DNA of 64,000 bases from Eledone cirrhosa. Taxonomy: Eukaryota. Below the pieces are notes generated by a model that did no database searches, was not told the origin of the DNA, and saw only the letters and a list, made by a program, of their open reading frames with translations. Numbering within the stretch: position 1 is the first letter of the stretch; every line of letters begins with the position of its first letter. The position numbers and the translations under genes were made by a program. Below are positions 1 to 14,499 of this stretch, one piece after another. The stretch spans positions 98,952,001 to 99,016,000 of the forward strand of contig OZ024743.1 of assembly GCA_964016885.1 (NCBI GenBank). Reading direction: 5' to 3'.

Positions 1-2199
1 CAGCATATATCAACTACCTACTGCTCTACAATCTCTCCTGTTTACAGCATACATCAACTATCTTCTGCTCTACAATCTCTCCTGTTTACAGCATACATCA
101 ACTACTTTCTGCTCTACGATCTCTCCTCTTTACAGCATACATCAACTACCTTCTGCTCTACAATCTCTCCTGTTTACAGCATACATCAACTATCTTCTGC
201 TCTACAATCTCTCCTCTTTACAGCATACATCAACTACCTACTGCTCTACAATCTCTCCTGTTTACAGCATACATCAACTATCTTCTGCTCTACAATCTCT
301 CCTGTTTACAGCTTACATCAACTACCTTCTGCTCTACAATCCTGCCTCTTTACAGCATACATCAACTACCTTCTGCTCTACAATCTCTCCTCTTTACAGC
401 ATACATCAACTACCTACTGCTCTACAATCTCTCCTGTTTACAGCATACATCAACTATCTTCTGCTCTACAATCTCTCCTCTTTACAGCATACATCAACTA
501 CCTACTGCTCTACAATCTTTCCTGTTTACAGCATACATCAACTATCATCTGCTCTACAATCTCTCCTGTTTACAGCATACATCAACTACCTACTGCTCTA
601 CAATCTCTCCTGTTTACAGCATACATCAACTATCTTCTGCTCTACAATCTCTCCTGTTTACAGCATACATCAACTACCTTCTGCTCTACAATCTCTCCTG
701 TTTACAGCATACACCAACTATCTTCTGCTCTACAATCTCTCCTGTTTACAGCATACATCAACTACCTTCTGCTCTACAATCTCTCCTGTTTACAGCATAC
801 ATCAACTACCTTCTGCTCTACAATCACTCCTGTTTACAGCATACACCAACTATCTTCTGCTCTACAATCTCTCCTGTTTACAGCATACATAAACTACCTT
901 CTGCTCTACAATCTCTCCTGTTTACATCATACATCAACTACCTTCTGCTCTACAATCTCTCCTGTTTACAGCATACACCAACTATCTTCTGCTCTACAAT
1001 CTTTCCTGTTTACAGCATACATCATCTACCTGCTGCTCTACAATCCCCCCTCTTTGCAGCATACATCAACTACCTTCTGCTCTACAATCTCTCCTGTTTA
1101 CAGCATACATCAACTACCTTCTGCTCTACAATCTCTCCTGTTTACAGCATACATCAACTACCTTCTGCTCTACAATCTCTCCTGTTTACAGCATACATCA
1201 ACCCCCTTCTGCTCTACAACCTCTCCTGTTTACAGCATACATCAACTCCCTTCTGCTCTACAATCTCTCCTCTTTACAGCATACATCAACTACCTTCTGC
1301 TCTACAATCTTTCCTATTCACAGCATACATCAACTACCTTCTGCTCTACAATCTCTCCTGTTTACATCATACATCAACTACCTTCTGCTCTACAATCTCT
1401 CCTGTTTACAGCATACACCAACTATCTTCTTCTCTACAATCTTTCCTGTTTACAGCATACATCATCTACCTGCTGCTCTACAATCCCCCCTCTTTGCAGC
1501 ATACATCAACTACCTTCTGCTCTACAATCTCTCCTGTTTACAGTATACATCAACTACCTTCTGCTCTACAATCTCCCCTGTTTACAGCATACATCAACTA
1601 CCTTCTGCTCTACAATCTCTCCTGTTTACAGCATACATCAACTAACTTCTGGTCTACAATCTCTCCTGTTTACAGCATACATCAACTACCTTCTGCTCTA
1701 CAATCTCTACTGTTTACAGCATACATCAACTAACTTCTGGTCTACAATCTCTCCTGTTTACAGCATACATCATCTACCTGCTGCTCTACAATCCCCCCTC
1801 TTTACAGCATACATCAACTACCTTCTGCTCTACAATCTCTCCTGTTTACAGCATACACCAACTATCTTCTGCTCTACAATCTCCCCTGTTTACAGCATAC
1901 ATCAACTTCCTTCTGCTCTACAATCTCTCCGGTTTACAGCATACATCAACTACCTTCTGCTCTACAATCTCTCCTGTTTACAGCATACATCAACTACCTT
2001 CTGCTCTACAATCTCTCCTGTTTACAGCATACATCAACTCCCTTCTGCTCTACAATCTCTCCTCTTTACAGCATACATCAACTACCTTCTGCTCTACAAT
2101 CTTTCCTATTCACAGCATACATCAACTACCTTCTGCTCTACAATCTCTCCTGTTTACATCATACATCAACTACCTTCTGCTCTACAATCTCTCCTGTTT

Positions 2200-5100
2200 A
2201 CAGCATACACCAACTATCTTCTGCTCTACAATCTTTCCTGTTTACAGCATACATCATCTACCTGCTGCTCTACAATCCCCCCTCTTTGCAGCATACATCA
2301 ACTACCTTCTGCTCTACAATCTCTCCTGTTTACAGTATACATCAACTACCTTCTGCTCTACAATCTCCCCTGTTTACAGCATACATCAACTACCTTCTGC
2401 TCTACAATCCCCCCTCTTTACAGCATACATCAACTACCTTCTGCTCTACAATCTCTCCTGTTTACAGCATACACCAACTATCTTCTGCTCTACAATCTCT
2501 CCTGTTTACAGCATACATAAACTACCTTCTGCTCTACAATCTCTCCTGTTTACAGCATACACCAACTATCTTCTGCTCTACAATGTCTCCTGTTTACAGC
2601 ATACATCAACTACCTTCAGCTCTACAATCTCTCCTGTTTACAGCATACATCAACTACCTTCTGCTCTACAATCTCTCCTGTTTACAGCATACACCAACTA
2701 TCTTCTGCTCTACAATCTCTCCTGTTTACAGCATACATCAACTACCTTCTGCTCTACAATCTCTCCTGTTTACAGCATACACCAACTATCTTCTGCTCTA
2801 CAATCTCTCCTGTTTACAGCATACATCAACTACCTTCTGCTCTACAATCTTTCCTGTTTACAGCATACATCATCTACCTGCTGCTCTACAATCCCCCCTC
2901 TTTGCAGCATACATCAACTACCTTCTGCTCTACAATCTCTCCTGTTTACAGTATACATCAACTACCTTCTGCTCTACAATCTCCCCTGTTTACAGCATAT
3001 ATCAACTACCTTCTGCTCTACAATCTCTCCTGTTTACAGCATACATCAACTAACTTCTGGTCTACAATCTCTCCTGTTTACAGCATACATCAACTACCTT
3101 CTGCTCTACAATCTCTCCTGTTTACAGCATACATCAACTAACGTCTGGTCTACAATCTCTCCTGTTTACAGCATACATCATCTACCTGCTGCTCTACAAT
3201 CCCCCCTCTTTACAGCATACATCAACTACCTTCTGCTCTACAATCTTTCCTGTTTACAGCATACATCAACTACCTTCTGCTCTACAATCTCTCCGGTTTA
3301 CAACATACACCAACTATCTCCTGTTTACAACATACATCAACTACCTTCTGCTCTACAATCTTTCCTGTTTACAGCATACATCAACTACCTTCTGCTCTAC
3401 AATCCCCCCTCTTTACAGCATACATCAACCACCTTCTGCTCTACAATCTCTCCTGTTTACAGCATACACCAACTATCTTCTGCTCTACAATCTCTCCTGT
3501 TTACAGCATACATCAACTACCTTCTGCTCTACAATCTCTCCTGTTTACAGCATACATCAACTACCTTCTGCTCTACAATCTCTCCTGTTTACAGCATACA
3601 CCAACTATCTTCTGCTCTACAATCTCTCCTGTTTACAGCATACATCAACTACCTTCTGCTCTACAATCTCTCCTGTTTACAGCATACAGCAACTATCTTC
3701 TGCTCTACAATCTCTCCTGTTTACAGCATACATCAACTACCTTCTGCTCTACAATCTCTCCTGTTTACAGCATACATCAACTACCTTCTGCTCTACAATC
3801 TCTCCTGTTTACAGCATACACCAACTATCTTCTGCTCTACAATCTCCCCTGTTTACAGCATACATCAACTTCCTTCTGCTCTACAATCTCTCCGGTTTAC
3901 AACATACACCAACTATCTCCTGCTCTACAACCACTCCTGTTTACAACATACATCAACTACCTTCTGCTCTACAATCTTTCCTGTTTACAGCATACATCAT
4001 CTACCTGCTGCTCTACAATCCCCCCTCTTTGCAGCATACATCAACTACCTTCTGCTCTACAATCTCTCCTGTTTACAGTATACATCAACTACCTTCTGCT
4101 CTACAATCTCCCCTGTTTACAGCATACATCAACTACCTTCTGCTCTACAATCTCTCCTGTTTACAGCATACATCAACTAACTTCTGGTCTACAATCTCTC
4201 CTGTTTACAGCATACATCAACTACCTTCTGCTCTACAATCTCTCCTGTTTACAGCATACATCAACTAACTTCTGGTCTACAATCTCTCCTGTTTACAGCA
4301 TACATCATCTACCTGCTGCTCTACAATCCCCCCTCTTTACAGCATACATCAACTACCTTCTGCTCTACAATCTCTCCTGTTTACAGCATACACCAACTAT
4401 CTTCTGCTCTACAATCTCCCCTGTTTACAGCATACATCAACTTCCTTCTGCTCTACAATCTCTCCGGTTTACAACATACACCAACTATCTTCTGCTCTAC
4501 AACCTCTCCTGTTTACAACATACATCAACTACCTTCTGCTCTACAATCTTTCCTGTTTACAGCATACATCAACTACCTTCTGCTCTACAATCTCTCCGGT
4601 TTACAACATACACCAACTATCTCCTGTTTACAACATACATCAACTACCTTCTGCTCTACAATCTTTCCTGTTTACAGCATACATCAACTACCTGCTGCTC
4701 TACAATCCCCCCTCTTTACAGCATACATCAACTACCTTCTGCTCTACAATCTCTGCTGTTTACAGCATACATCAGCTACCTTCTGCTCTACAATCTCCCC
4801 TGTTTACAGCATACATCAACTACCTTCTGCTCTACAATCTCTCCTGTTTACAGCATACATCAACTACCTTCTGCTCTACAATCTCTCCTCTTTACAGCAT
4901 ACATCAACTACCTACTGCGCTACAATCTCTCCTGTTTACAGCATACATCAACTATCTTCTGCTGTACAATCTCTCCTCTTTACAGCATACATCAACTACC
5001 TACTGCTCTACAATCTCTCCTGTTTACAGCATACATCAACTATCTTCTGCTCTACAATCTCTCCTGTTTACAGCATACATCAACTACTTTCTGCTCTACG

Positions 5101-7730
5101 ATCTCTCCTCTTTACAGCATACATCAACTACCTTCTGCTCTACAATCTCTCCTGTTTACAGCATACATCAACTATCTTCTGCTCTACAATCTCTCCTCTT
5201 TACAGCATACATCAACTACCTACTGCTCTACAATCTCTCCTGTTTACAGCATACATCAACTATCTTCTGCTCTACAATCTCTCCTGTTTACAGCTTACAT
5301 CAACTACGTTCTGCTCTACAATCTCGCCTCTTTACAGCATACATCAACTACCTTCTGCTCTACAATCTCTCCTCTTTACAGCATATATCAACTACCTACT
5401 GCTCTACAATCTCTCCTGTTTACAGCATACATCAACTACCTACTGCTCTACAATCTCTCCTGTTTACAGCATACATCAACTATCATCTGCTCTACAATCT
5501 CTCCTGTTTACAGCATACATCAACTACCTACTGCTCTACAATCTCTCCTGTTTACAGCATACATCAACTATCTTCTGCTCTACAATCTCTCCTGTTTACA
5601 GTATACATCAACTACCTTCTGCTCTACAATCTCTCCTGTTTACAGCATACACCAACTATCTTCTGCTCTACAATCTTTCCTGTTTACAGCATACATCATC
5701 TACCTGCTGCTCTACAATCCCCCCTCTTTGCAGCATACATCAACTACCTTCTGCTCTACAATCTCTCCTGTTTACAGTATACATCAACTACCTTCTGCTC
5801 TACAATCTCCCCTGTTTACAGCATACATCAACTACCTTCTGCTCTACAATCCCCCCTCTTTACAGCATACATCAACTACCTTCTGCTCTACAATCTCTCC
5901 TGTTTACAGCATACACCAACTATCTTCTGCTCTACAATCTCTCCTGTTTACAGCATACATCAACTACCTTCTGCTCTACAATCTCTCCTGTTTACAGCAT
6001 ACACCAACTATCTTCTGCTCTACAATGTCTCCTGTTTACAGCATACATCAACTACCTTCAGCTCTACAATCTCTCCTGTTTACAGCATACATCAACTACC
6101 TTCTGCTCTACAATCTCTCCTGTTTACAGCATACACCAACTATCTTCTGCTCTACAATCTCTCCTGTTTACAGCATACATCAACTACCTTCTGCTCTACA
6201 ATCTCTCCTGTTTACAGCATACACCAACTATCTTCTGCTCTACAATCTCTCCTGTTTACAGCATACATCAACTACCTTCTGCTCTACAATCTTTCCTGTT
6301 TACAGCATACATCATCTACCTGCTGCTCTACAATCCCCCCTCTTTGCAGCATACATCAACTACCTTCTGCTCTACAATCTCTCCTGTTTACAACATACAT
6401 CAACTACCTTCTGCTCTACAATCTCTCCTGTTTACAGTATACATCAACTACCTTCTGCTCTACAATCTCCCCTGTTTACAGCATATATCAACTACCTTCT
6501 GCTCTACAATCTCTCCTGTTTACAGCATACATCAACTAACTTCTGGTCTACAATCTCTCCTGTTTACAGCATACATCAACTACCTTCTGCTCTACAATCT
6601 CTCCTGTTTACAGCATACATCAACTAACGTCTGGTCTACAATCTCTCCTGTTTACAGCATACATCATCTACCTGCTGCTCTACAATCCCCCCTCTTTACA
6701 GCATACATCAACTACCTTCTGCTCTACAATCTTTCCTGTTTACAGCATACATCAACTACCTTCTGCTCTACAATCTCTCCGGTTTACAACATACACCAAC
6801 TATCTCCTGTTTACAACATACATCAACTACCTTCTGCTCTACAATCTTTCCTGTTTACAGCATACATCAACTACCTTCTGCTCTACAATCCCCCCTCTTT
6901 ACAGCATACATCAACCACCTTCTGCTCTACAATCTCTCCTGTTTACAGCATACACCAACTATCTTCTGCTCTACAATCTCTCCTGTTTACAGCATACATC
7001 AACTACCTTCTGCTCTACAATCTCTCCTGTTTACAGCATACATCAACTACCTTCTGCTCTACAATCTCTCCTGTTTACAGCATACACCAACTATCTTCTG
7101 CTCTACAATCTCTCCTGTTTACAACATACATCAACTACCTTCTGCTCTACAATCTCTCCTGTTTACAGCATACAGCAACTATCTTCTGCTCTACAATCTC
7201 TCCTGTTTACAGCATACATCAACTACCTTCTGCTCTACAATCTCTCCTGTTTACAGCATACATCAACTACCTTCTGCTCTACAATCTCTCCTGTTTACAG
7301 CATACACCAACTATCTTCTGCTCTACAATCTCCCCTGTTTACAGCATACATCAACTTCCTTCTGCTCTACAATCTCTCCGGTTTACAACATACACCAACT
7401 ATCTCCTGCTCTACAACCACTCCTGTTTACAACATACATCAACTACCTTCTGCTCTACAATCTTTCCTGTTTACAGCATACATCATCTACCTGCTGCTCT
7501 ACAATCCCCCCTCTTTGCAGCATACATCAACTACCTTCTGCTCTACAATCTCTCCTGTTTACAGTATACATCAACTACCTTCTGCTCTACAATCTCCCCT
7601 GTTTACAGCATACATCAACTACCTTCTGCTCTACAATCTCTCCTGTTTACAGCATACATCAACTAACTTCTGGTCTACAATCTCTCCTGTTTACAGCATA
7701 CATCAACTACCTTCTGCTCTACAATCTCTC
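2200..7730. repeat. Block duplication within the array: ~2.2-4.25 kb recurs at ~5.65-7.73 kb (offset 3442, then 3486)
   Basis: ORF-track peptides at 2286 and 5728 begin identically (offset 3442). The 27-bp monomers at 3301 and 6787 are offset by 3486, i.e. one extra monomer. Shared rare variants: CTTCAGCTC, TAACGTCTGG, TCAACCACC. Confidence 0.8.
3301..3327. repeat. 27-bp deletion monomer (first of 15 copies)
   Basis: CAACATACACCAACTATCTCCTGTTTA starts at 3301, 4604, 6787, 8617, 12340, 13423, 15518, 18185, 21424, 22375, 23942, 24893, 28660, 30974 and 34519. It is always preceded by a CTCCGGTTTA monomer. Confidence 0.95.
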
Positions 7731-10700
7731 CTGTTTACAGCATACATCAACTACCTTCTGCTCTACAATCTCTCCTGTTTACAGCATACAGCAACTATCT
7801 TCTGCTCTACAATCTCTCCTGTTTACAGCATACATCAACTACCTTCTGCTCTACAATCTCTCCTGTTTACAGCATACATCAACTACCTTCTGCTCTACAA
7901 TCTCTCCTGTTTACAGCATACACCAACTATCTTCTGCTCTACAATCTCCCCTGTTTACAGCATACATCAACTTCCTTCTGCTCTACAATCTCTCCGGTTT
8001 ACAACATACACCAACTATCTCCTGCTCTACAACCACTCCTGTTTACAACATACATCAACTACCTTCTGCTCTACAATCTTTCCTGTTTACAGCATACATC
8101 ATCTACCTGCTGCTCTACAATCCCCCCTCTTTGCAGCATACATCAACTACCTTCTGCCTACAATCTCTCCTGTTTACAGTATACATCAACTACCTTCTGC
8201 TCTACAATCTCCCCTGTTTACAGCATACATCAACTACCTTCTGCTCTACAATCTCTCCTGTTTACAGCATACATCAACTAACTTCTGGTCTACAATCTCT
8301 CCTGTTTACAGCATACATCAACTACCTTCTGCTCTACAATCTCTCCTGTTTACAGCATACATCAACTACCTTCTGCTCTACAATCTCTCCTGTTTACAGC
8401 ATACACCAACTATCTTCTGCTCTACAATCTCCCCTGTTTACAGCATACATCAACTTCCTTCTGCTCTACAATCTCTCCGGTTTACAACATACACCAACTA
8501 TCTTCTGCTCTACAACCTCTCCTGTTTACAACATACATCAACTACCTTCTGCTCTACAATCTTTCCTGTTTACAGCATACATCAACTACCTTCTGCTCTA
8601 CAATCTCTCCGGTTTACAACATACACCAACTATCTCCTGTTTACAACATACATCAACTACCTTCTGCTCTACAATCTTTCCTGTTTACAGCATACATCAA
8701 CTACCTGCTGCTCTACAATCCCCCCTCTTTACAGCATACATCAACTACCTTCTGCTCTACAATCTCTGCTGTTTACAGCATACATCAGCTACCTTCTGCT
8801 CTACAATCTCCCCTGTTTACAGCATACATCAACTACCTTCTGCTCTACAATCTCTCCTGTTTACAGCATACATCAACTACCTTCTGCTCTACAATCTCTC
8901 CTCTTTACAGCACACATCAACTACCTACTGCTCTACAATCTCTCCTGTTTACAGCATACATCAACTATCTTCTGCTGTACAATCTCTCCTCTTTACAGCA
9001 TACATCAACTACCTACTGCTCTACAATCTCTCCTGTTTACAGCATACATCAACTATCTTCTGCTCTACAATCTCTCCTGTTTACAGCATACATCAACTAC
9101 TTTCTGCTCTACGATCTCTCCTCTTTACAGCATACATCAACTACCTTCTGCTCTACAATCTCTCCTGTTTACAGCATACATCAACTATCTTCTGCTCTAC
9201 AATCTCTCCTCTTTACAGCATACATCAACTACCTACTGCTCTACAATCTCTCCTGTTTACAGCATACATCAACTATCTTCTGCTCTACAATCTCTCCTGT
9301 TTACAGCTTACATCAACTACCTTCTGCTCTACAATCTCGCCTCTTTACAGCATACATCAACTACCTTCTGCTCTACAATCTCTCCTCTTTACAGCATATA
9401 TCAACTACCTACTGCTCTACAATCTCTCCTGTTTACAGCATACATCAACTACCTACTGCTCTACAATCTCTCCTGTTTACAGCATACATCAACTATCATC
9501 TGCTCTACAATCTCTCCTGTTTACAGCATACATCAACTACCTACTGCTCTACAATCTCTCCTGTTTACAGCATACATCAACTATCTTCTGCTCTACAATC
9601 TCTCCTGTTTACAGTATACATCAACTACCTTCTGCTCTACAATCTCTCCTGTTTACAGCATACACCAACTATCTTCTGCTCTACAATCTCTCCTGTTTAC
9701 AGCATACATCAACTACCTTCTGCTCTACAATCTCTCCTGTTTACAGCATACATCAACTACCTTCTGCTCTACAATCTCTCCTGTTTACAGCATACACCAA
9801 CTATCTTCTGCTCTACAATCTCTCCTGTTTACAGCATACATAAACTACCTTCTGCTCTACAATCTCTCCTGTTTACATCATACATCAACTACCTTCTGCT
9901 CTACAATCTCTCCTGTTTACAGCATACACCAACTATCTTCTGCTCTACAATCTTTCCTGTTTACAGCATACATCATCTACCTGCTGCTCTACAATCCCCC
10001 CTCTTTGCAGCATACATCAACTACCTTCTGCTCTACAATCCCCCCTCTTCACAGCATACATCAACTACCTTCTGCTCTACAATCTCTCCTGTTTACAGCA
10101 TACATCAACTACCTTCTGCTCTACAATCTCTCCTGTTTACAGCATACATCAACCCCCTTCTGCTCTACAACCTCTCCTGTTTACAGCATACATCAACTCC
10201 CTTCTGCTCTACAATCTCTCCTCTTTACAGCATACATCAACTACCTTCTGCTCTACAATCTTTCCTATTCACAGCATACATCAATTACCTTCTGCTCTAC
10301 AATCTCTCCTGTTTACATCATACATCAACTACCTTCTGCTCTACAATCTCTCCTGTTTACAGCATACATCAACTAACTTCTGGTCTACAATCTCTCCTGT
10401 TTACAGCATACATCAACTACCTTCTGCTCTACAATCTCTACTGTTTACAGCATACATCAACTAACTTCTGGTCTACAATCTCTCCTGTTTACAGCATACA
10501 TCATCTACCTGCTGCTCTACAATCCCCCCTCTTTACAGCATACATCAACTACATTCTGCTCTACAATCTCTCCTGTTTACAGCATACACCAACTATCTTC
10601 TGCTCTACAATCTCCCCTGTTTACAGCATACATTAACTTCCTTCTGCTCTACAATCTCTCCGGTTTACAGCATACATCAACTACCTTCTGCTCTACAATC

Positions 10701-13700
10701 TTTCCTGTTTACAGCATACATCAACTACCTTCAGCTCTACAATCTCTCCTGTTTACAGCATACATCAACTCCCTTCTGCTCTACAATCTCTCCTCTTTAC
10801 AGCATACATCAACTACCTTCTGCTCTACAATCTTTCCTATTCACAGCATACATCAACTACCTTCTGCTCTACAATCCCCCCTCTTTGCAGCATACATCAA
10901 CTACCTTCTGCTCTACAATCTCTCCTGTTTACAGTATACATCAACTACCTTCTGCTCTACAATCTCCCCTGTTTACAGCATACATCAACTACCTTCTGCT
11001 CTACAATCCCCCCTCTTTACAGCATACATCAACTACCTTCTGCTCTACAATCTCTCCTGTTTACAGCATACACCAACTATCTTCTGCTCTACAATCTCTC
11101 CTGTTTACAGCATACATCAACTACCTTCTGCTCTACAATCTCTCCTGTTTACAGCATACACCAACTATCTTCTGCTCTACAATGTCTCCTGTTTACAGCA
11201 TACATCAACTACCTTCTGCTCTACAATCTCTCCTGTTTACAGCATACATCAACTACTTTCTGCTCTACAATCTCTCCTGTTTACAGCATACACCAACTAT
11301 CTTCTGCTCTACAATGTCTCCTGTTTACAGCATACATCAACTACCTTCTGCTCTACAATCCCCCCTCTTTACAGCATACATCAACTACCTTCTGCTCTAC
11401 AATCTCTCCTGTTTACAGCATACACCAACTATCTTCTGCTCTACAATCTCTCCTGTTTACAGCATACATCAACTACCTTCTGCTCTACAATCTCTCCTGT
11501 TTACAGCATACACCAACTACCTTCTGTTCTACAATCTCTCCTGTTTACAGCATACATCAACTACCTTCTGCTCTACAATCTCTCCTGTTTACAGCATACA
11601 CCAACTACCTTCTGTTCTACAATCTCTCCTGTTTACAGCATACATCAACTATCTTCTGCTCTACAATGTCTCCTGTTTACAGCATACATCAACTACCTTC
11701 TGCTCTACAATCTCTCCTGTTTACAGCATACATCAACTACCTTCTGCTCTACAATCTCTCCTGTTTACAGCATACATCAACTACCTTCTGCTCTACAATC
11801 TTTCCTGTTTACAGCATACATCAACTACCTTCTGCTCTACAATCTCTCCTGTTTACAGCATACACCAACTATCTTCTGCTCTACAATGTCTCCTGTTTAC
11901 AGCATACATCAACTACCTTCTGCTCTACAATCTCTCCTGTTTACAGCATACATCAACTACCTTCTGCTCTACAATCTCTCCTGTTTACAGCATACACCAA
12001 CTATCTTCTGCTCTACAATCTCTCCTGTTTACAGCATACATCAACTACCTTCTGCTCTACAATCTCTCCTGTTTACAGCATACATCAACTAACTTCTGGT
12101 CTACAATCTCTCCTGTTTACAGCATACATCAACTACCTTCTGCTCTACAATCTCTCCTGTTTACAGCATACATCAACTAACTTCTGGTCTACAATCTCTC
12201 CTGTTTACAGCATACATCATCTACCTGCTGCTCTACAATCCCCCCTCTTTACAGCATACATCAACTACCTTCTGCTCTACAATCTTTCCTGTTTACAGCA
12301 TACATCAACTACCTTCTGCTCTACAATCTCTCCGGTTTACAACATACACCAACTATCTCCTGTTTACAACATACATCAACTACCTTCTGCTCTACAATCT
12401 TTCCTGTTTACAGCATACATCAACTACCTGCTGCTCTACAATCCCCCCTCTTCACAGCATACATCAACTACCTTCTGCTCTACAATCTCTCCTGTTTACA
12501 GCATACACCAACTATCTTCTGCTCTACAATCTCTCCTGTTTACAGCATACATCAACTACCTTCTGCTCTACAATCTCTCCTGTTTACAGCATACATCAAC
12601 TACCTTCTGCTCTACAATCTCTCCTGTTTACAGCATACACCAACTATCTTCTGCTCTACAATCTCTCCTGTTTACAGCATACATCAACTACCTTCTGCTC
12701 TACAATCTCTCCTGTTTACAGCATACAGCAACTATCTTCTGCTCTACAATCTCTCCTGTTTACAGCATACATCAACTACCTTCTGCTCTACAATCTCTCC
12801 TGTTTACAGCATACATCAACTACCTTCTGCTCTACAATCTCTCCTGTTTACAGCATACACCAACTACCTTCTGCTCTACAATCTCCCCTGTTTACAGCAT
12901 ACATCAACTTCCTTCTGCTCTACAATCTCTCCGGTTTACAACATACACCAACTATCTCCTGCTCTACAACCACTCCTGTTTACAACATACATCAACGACC
13001 TTCTGCTCTACAATCTTTCCTGTTTACAGCATACATCATCTACCTGCTGCTCTACAATCCCCCCTCTTTGCAGCATACATCAACTACCTTCTGCTCTACA
13101 ATCTCTCCTGTTTACAGTATACATCAACTACCTTCTGCTCTACAATCTCCCCTGTTTACAGCATACATCAACTACCTTCTGCTCTACAATCTCTCCTGTT
13201 TACAGCATACATCAACTAACTTCTGGTCTACAATCTCTTCTGTTTACAGCATACATCAACTACCTTCTGCTCTACAATCTCTCCTGTTTACAGCATACAT
13301 CAACTATCTTCTGCTCTACAACCTCTCCTGTTTACAACATACATCAACTACCTTCTGCTCTACAATCTTTCCTGTTTACAGCATACATCAACTACCTTCT
13401 GCTCTACAATCTCTCCGGTTTACAACATACACCAACTATCTCCTGTTTACAACATACATCAACTACCTTCTGCTCTACAATCTTTCCTGTTTACAGCATA
13501 CATCAACTACCTGCTGCTCTACAATCCCCCCTCTTTACAGCATACATCAACTACCTTCTTCTCTACAATCTCTGCTGTTTACAGCATACATCAGCTACCT
13601 TCTGCTCTACAATCTCCCCTGTTTACAGCATACATCAACTACCTTCTGCTCTACAATCTCTCCTGTTTACAACATACATCAACTACCTTCTGCTCTACAA

Positions 13701-14499
13701 TCTCTCCTCTTTACAGCATACATCAACTACCTACTGCTCTACAATCTCTCCTGTTTACAGCATACATCAACTATCTTCTGCTGTACAATCTCTCCTCTTT
13801 ACAGCATACATCAACTACCTACTGCTCTACAATCTCTCCTGTTTACAGCATACATCAACTATCTTCTGCTCTACAATCTCTCCTGTTTACAGCATACATC
13901 AACTACTTTCTGCTCTACGATCTCTCCTCTTTACAGCATACATCAACTACCTTCTGCTCTACAATCTCTCCTGTTTACAGCATACATCAACTATCTTCTG
14001 CTCTACAATCTCTCCTCTTTACAGCATACATCAACTACCTACTGCTCTACAATCTCTCCTGTTTACAGCATACATCAACTAATTTCTGCTCTACAATCTC
14101 TCCTGTTTACAGCTTACATCAACTACCTTCTGCTCTACAATCTCGCCTCTTTACAGCATACATCAACTACCTTCTGCTCTACAATCTCTCCTCTTTACAG
14201 CATACATCAACTACCTACTGCTCTACAATCTCTCCTGTTTACAGCATACATCAACTATCTTCTGCTCTACAATCTCTCCTCTTTACAGCATACATCAACT
14301 ATCTACTGCTCTACAATCTCTCCTGTTTACAGCATACATCAACTATCATCTGCTCTACAATCTCTCCTGTTTACAGCATACATCAACTACCTACTGCTCT
14401 ACAATCTCTCCTGTTTACAGCATACATCAACTATCTTCTGCTCTACAATCTCTCCTGTTTACAGCATACACCAACTATCTTCTGCTCTACAATCTCTCC

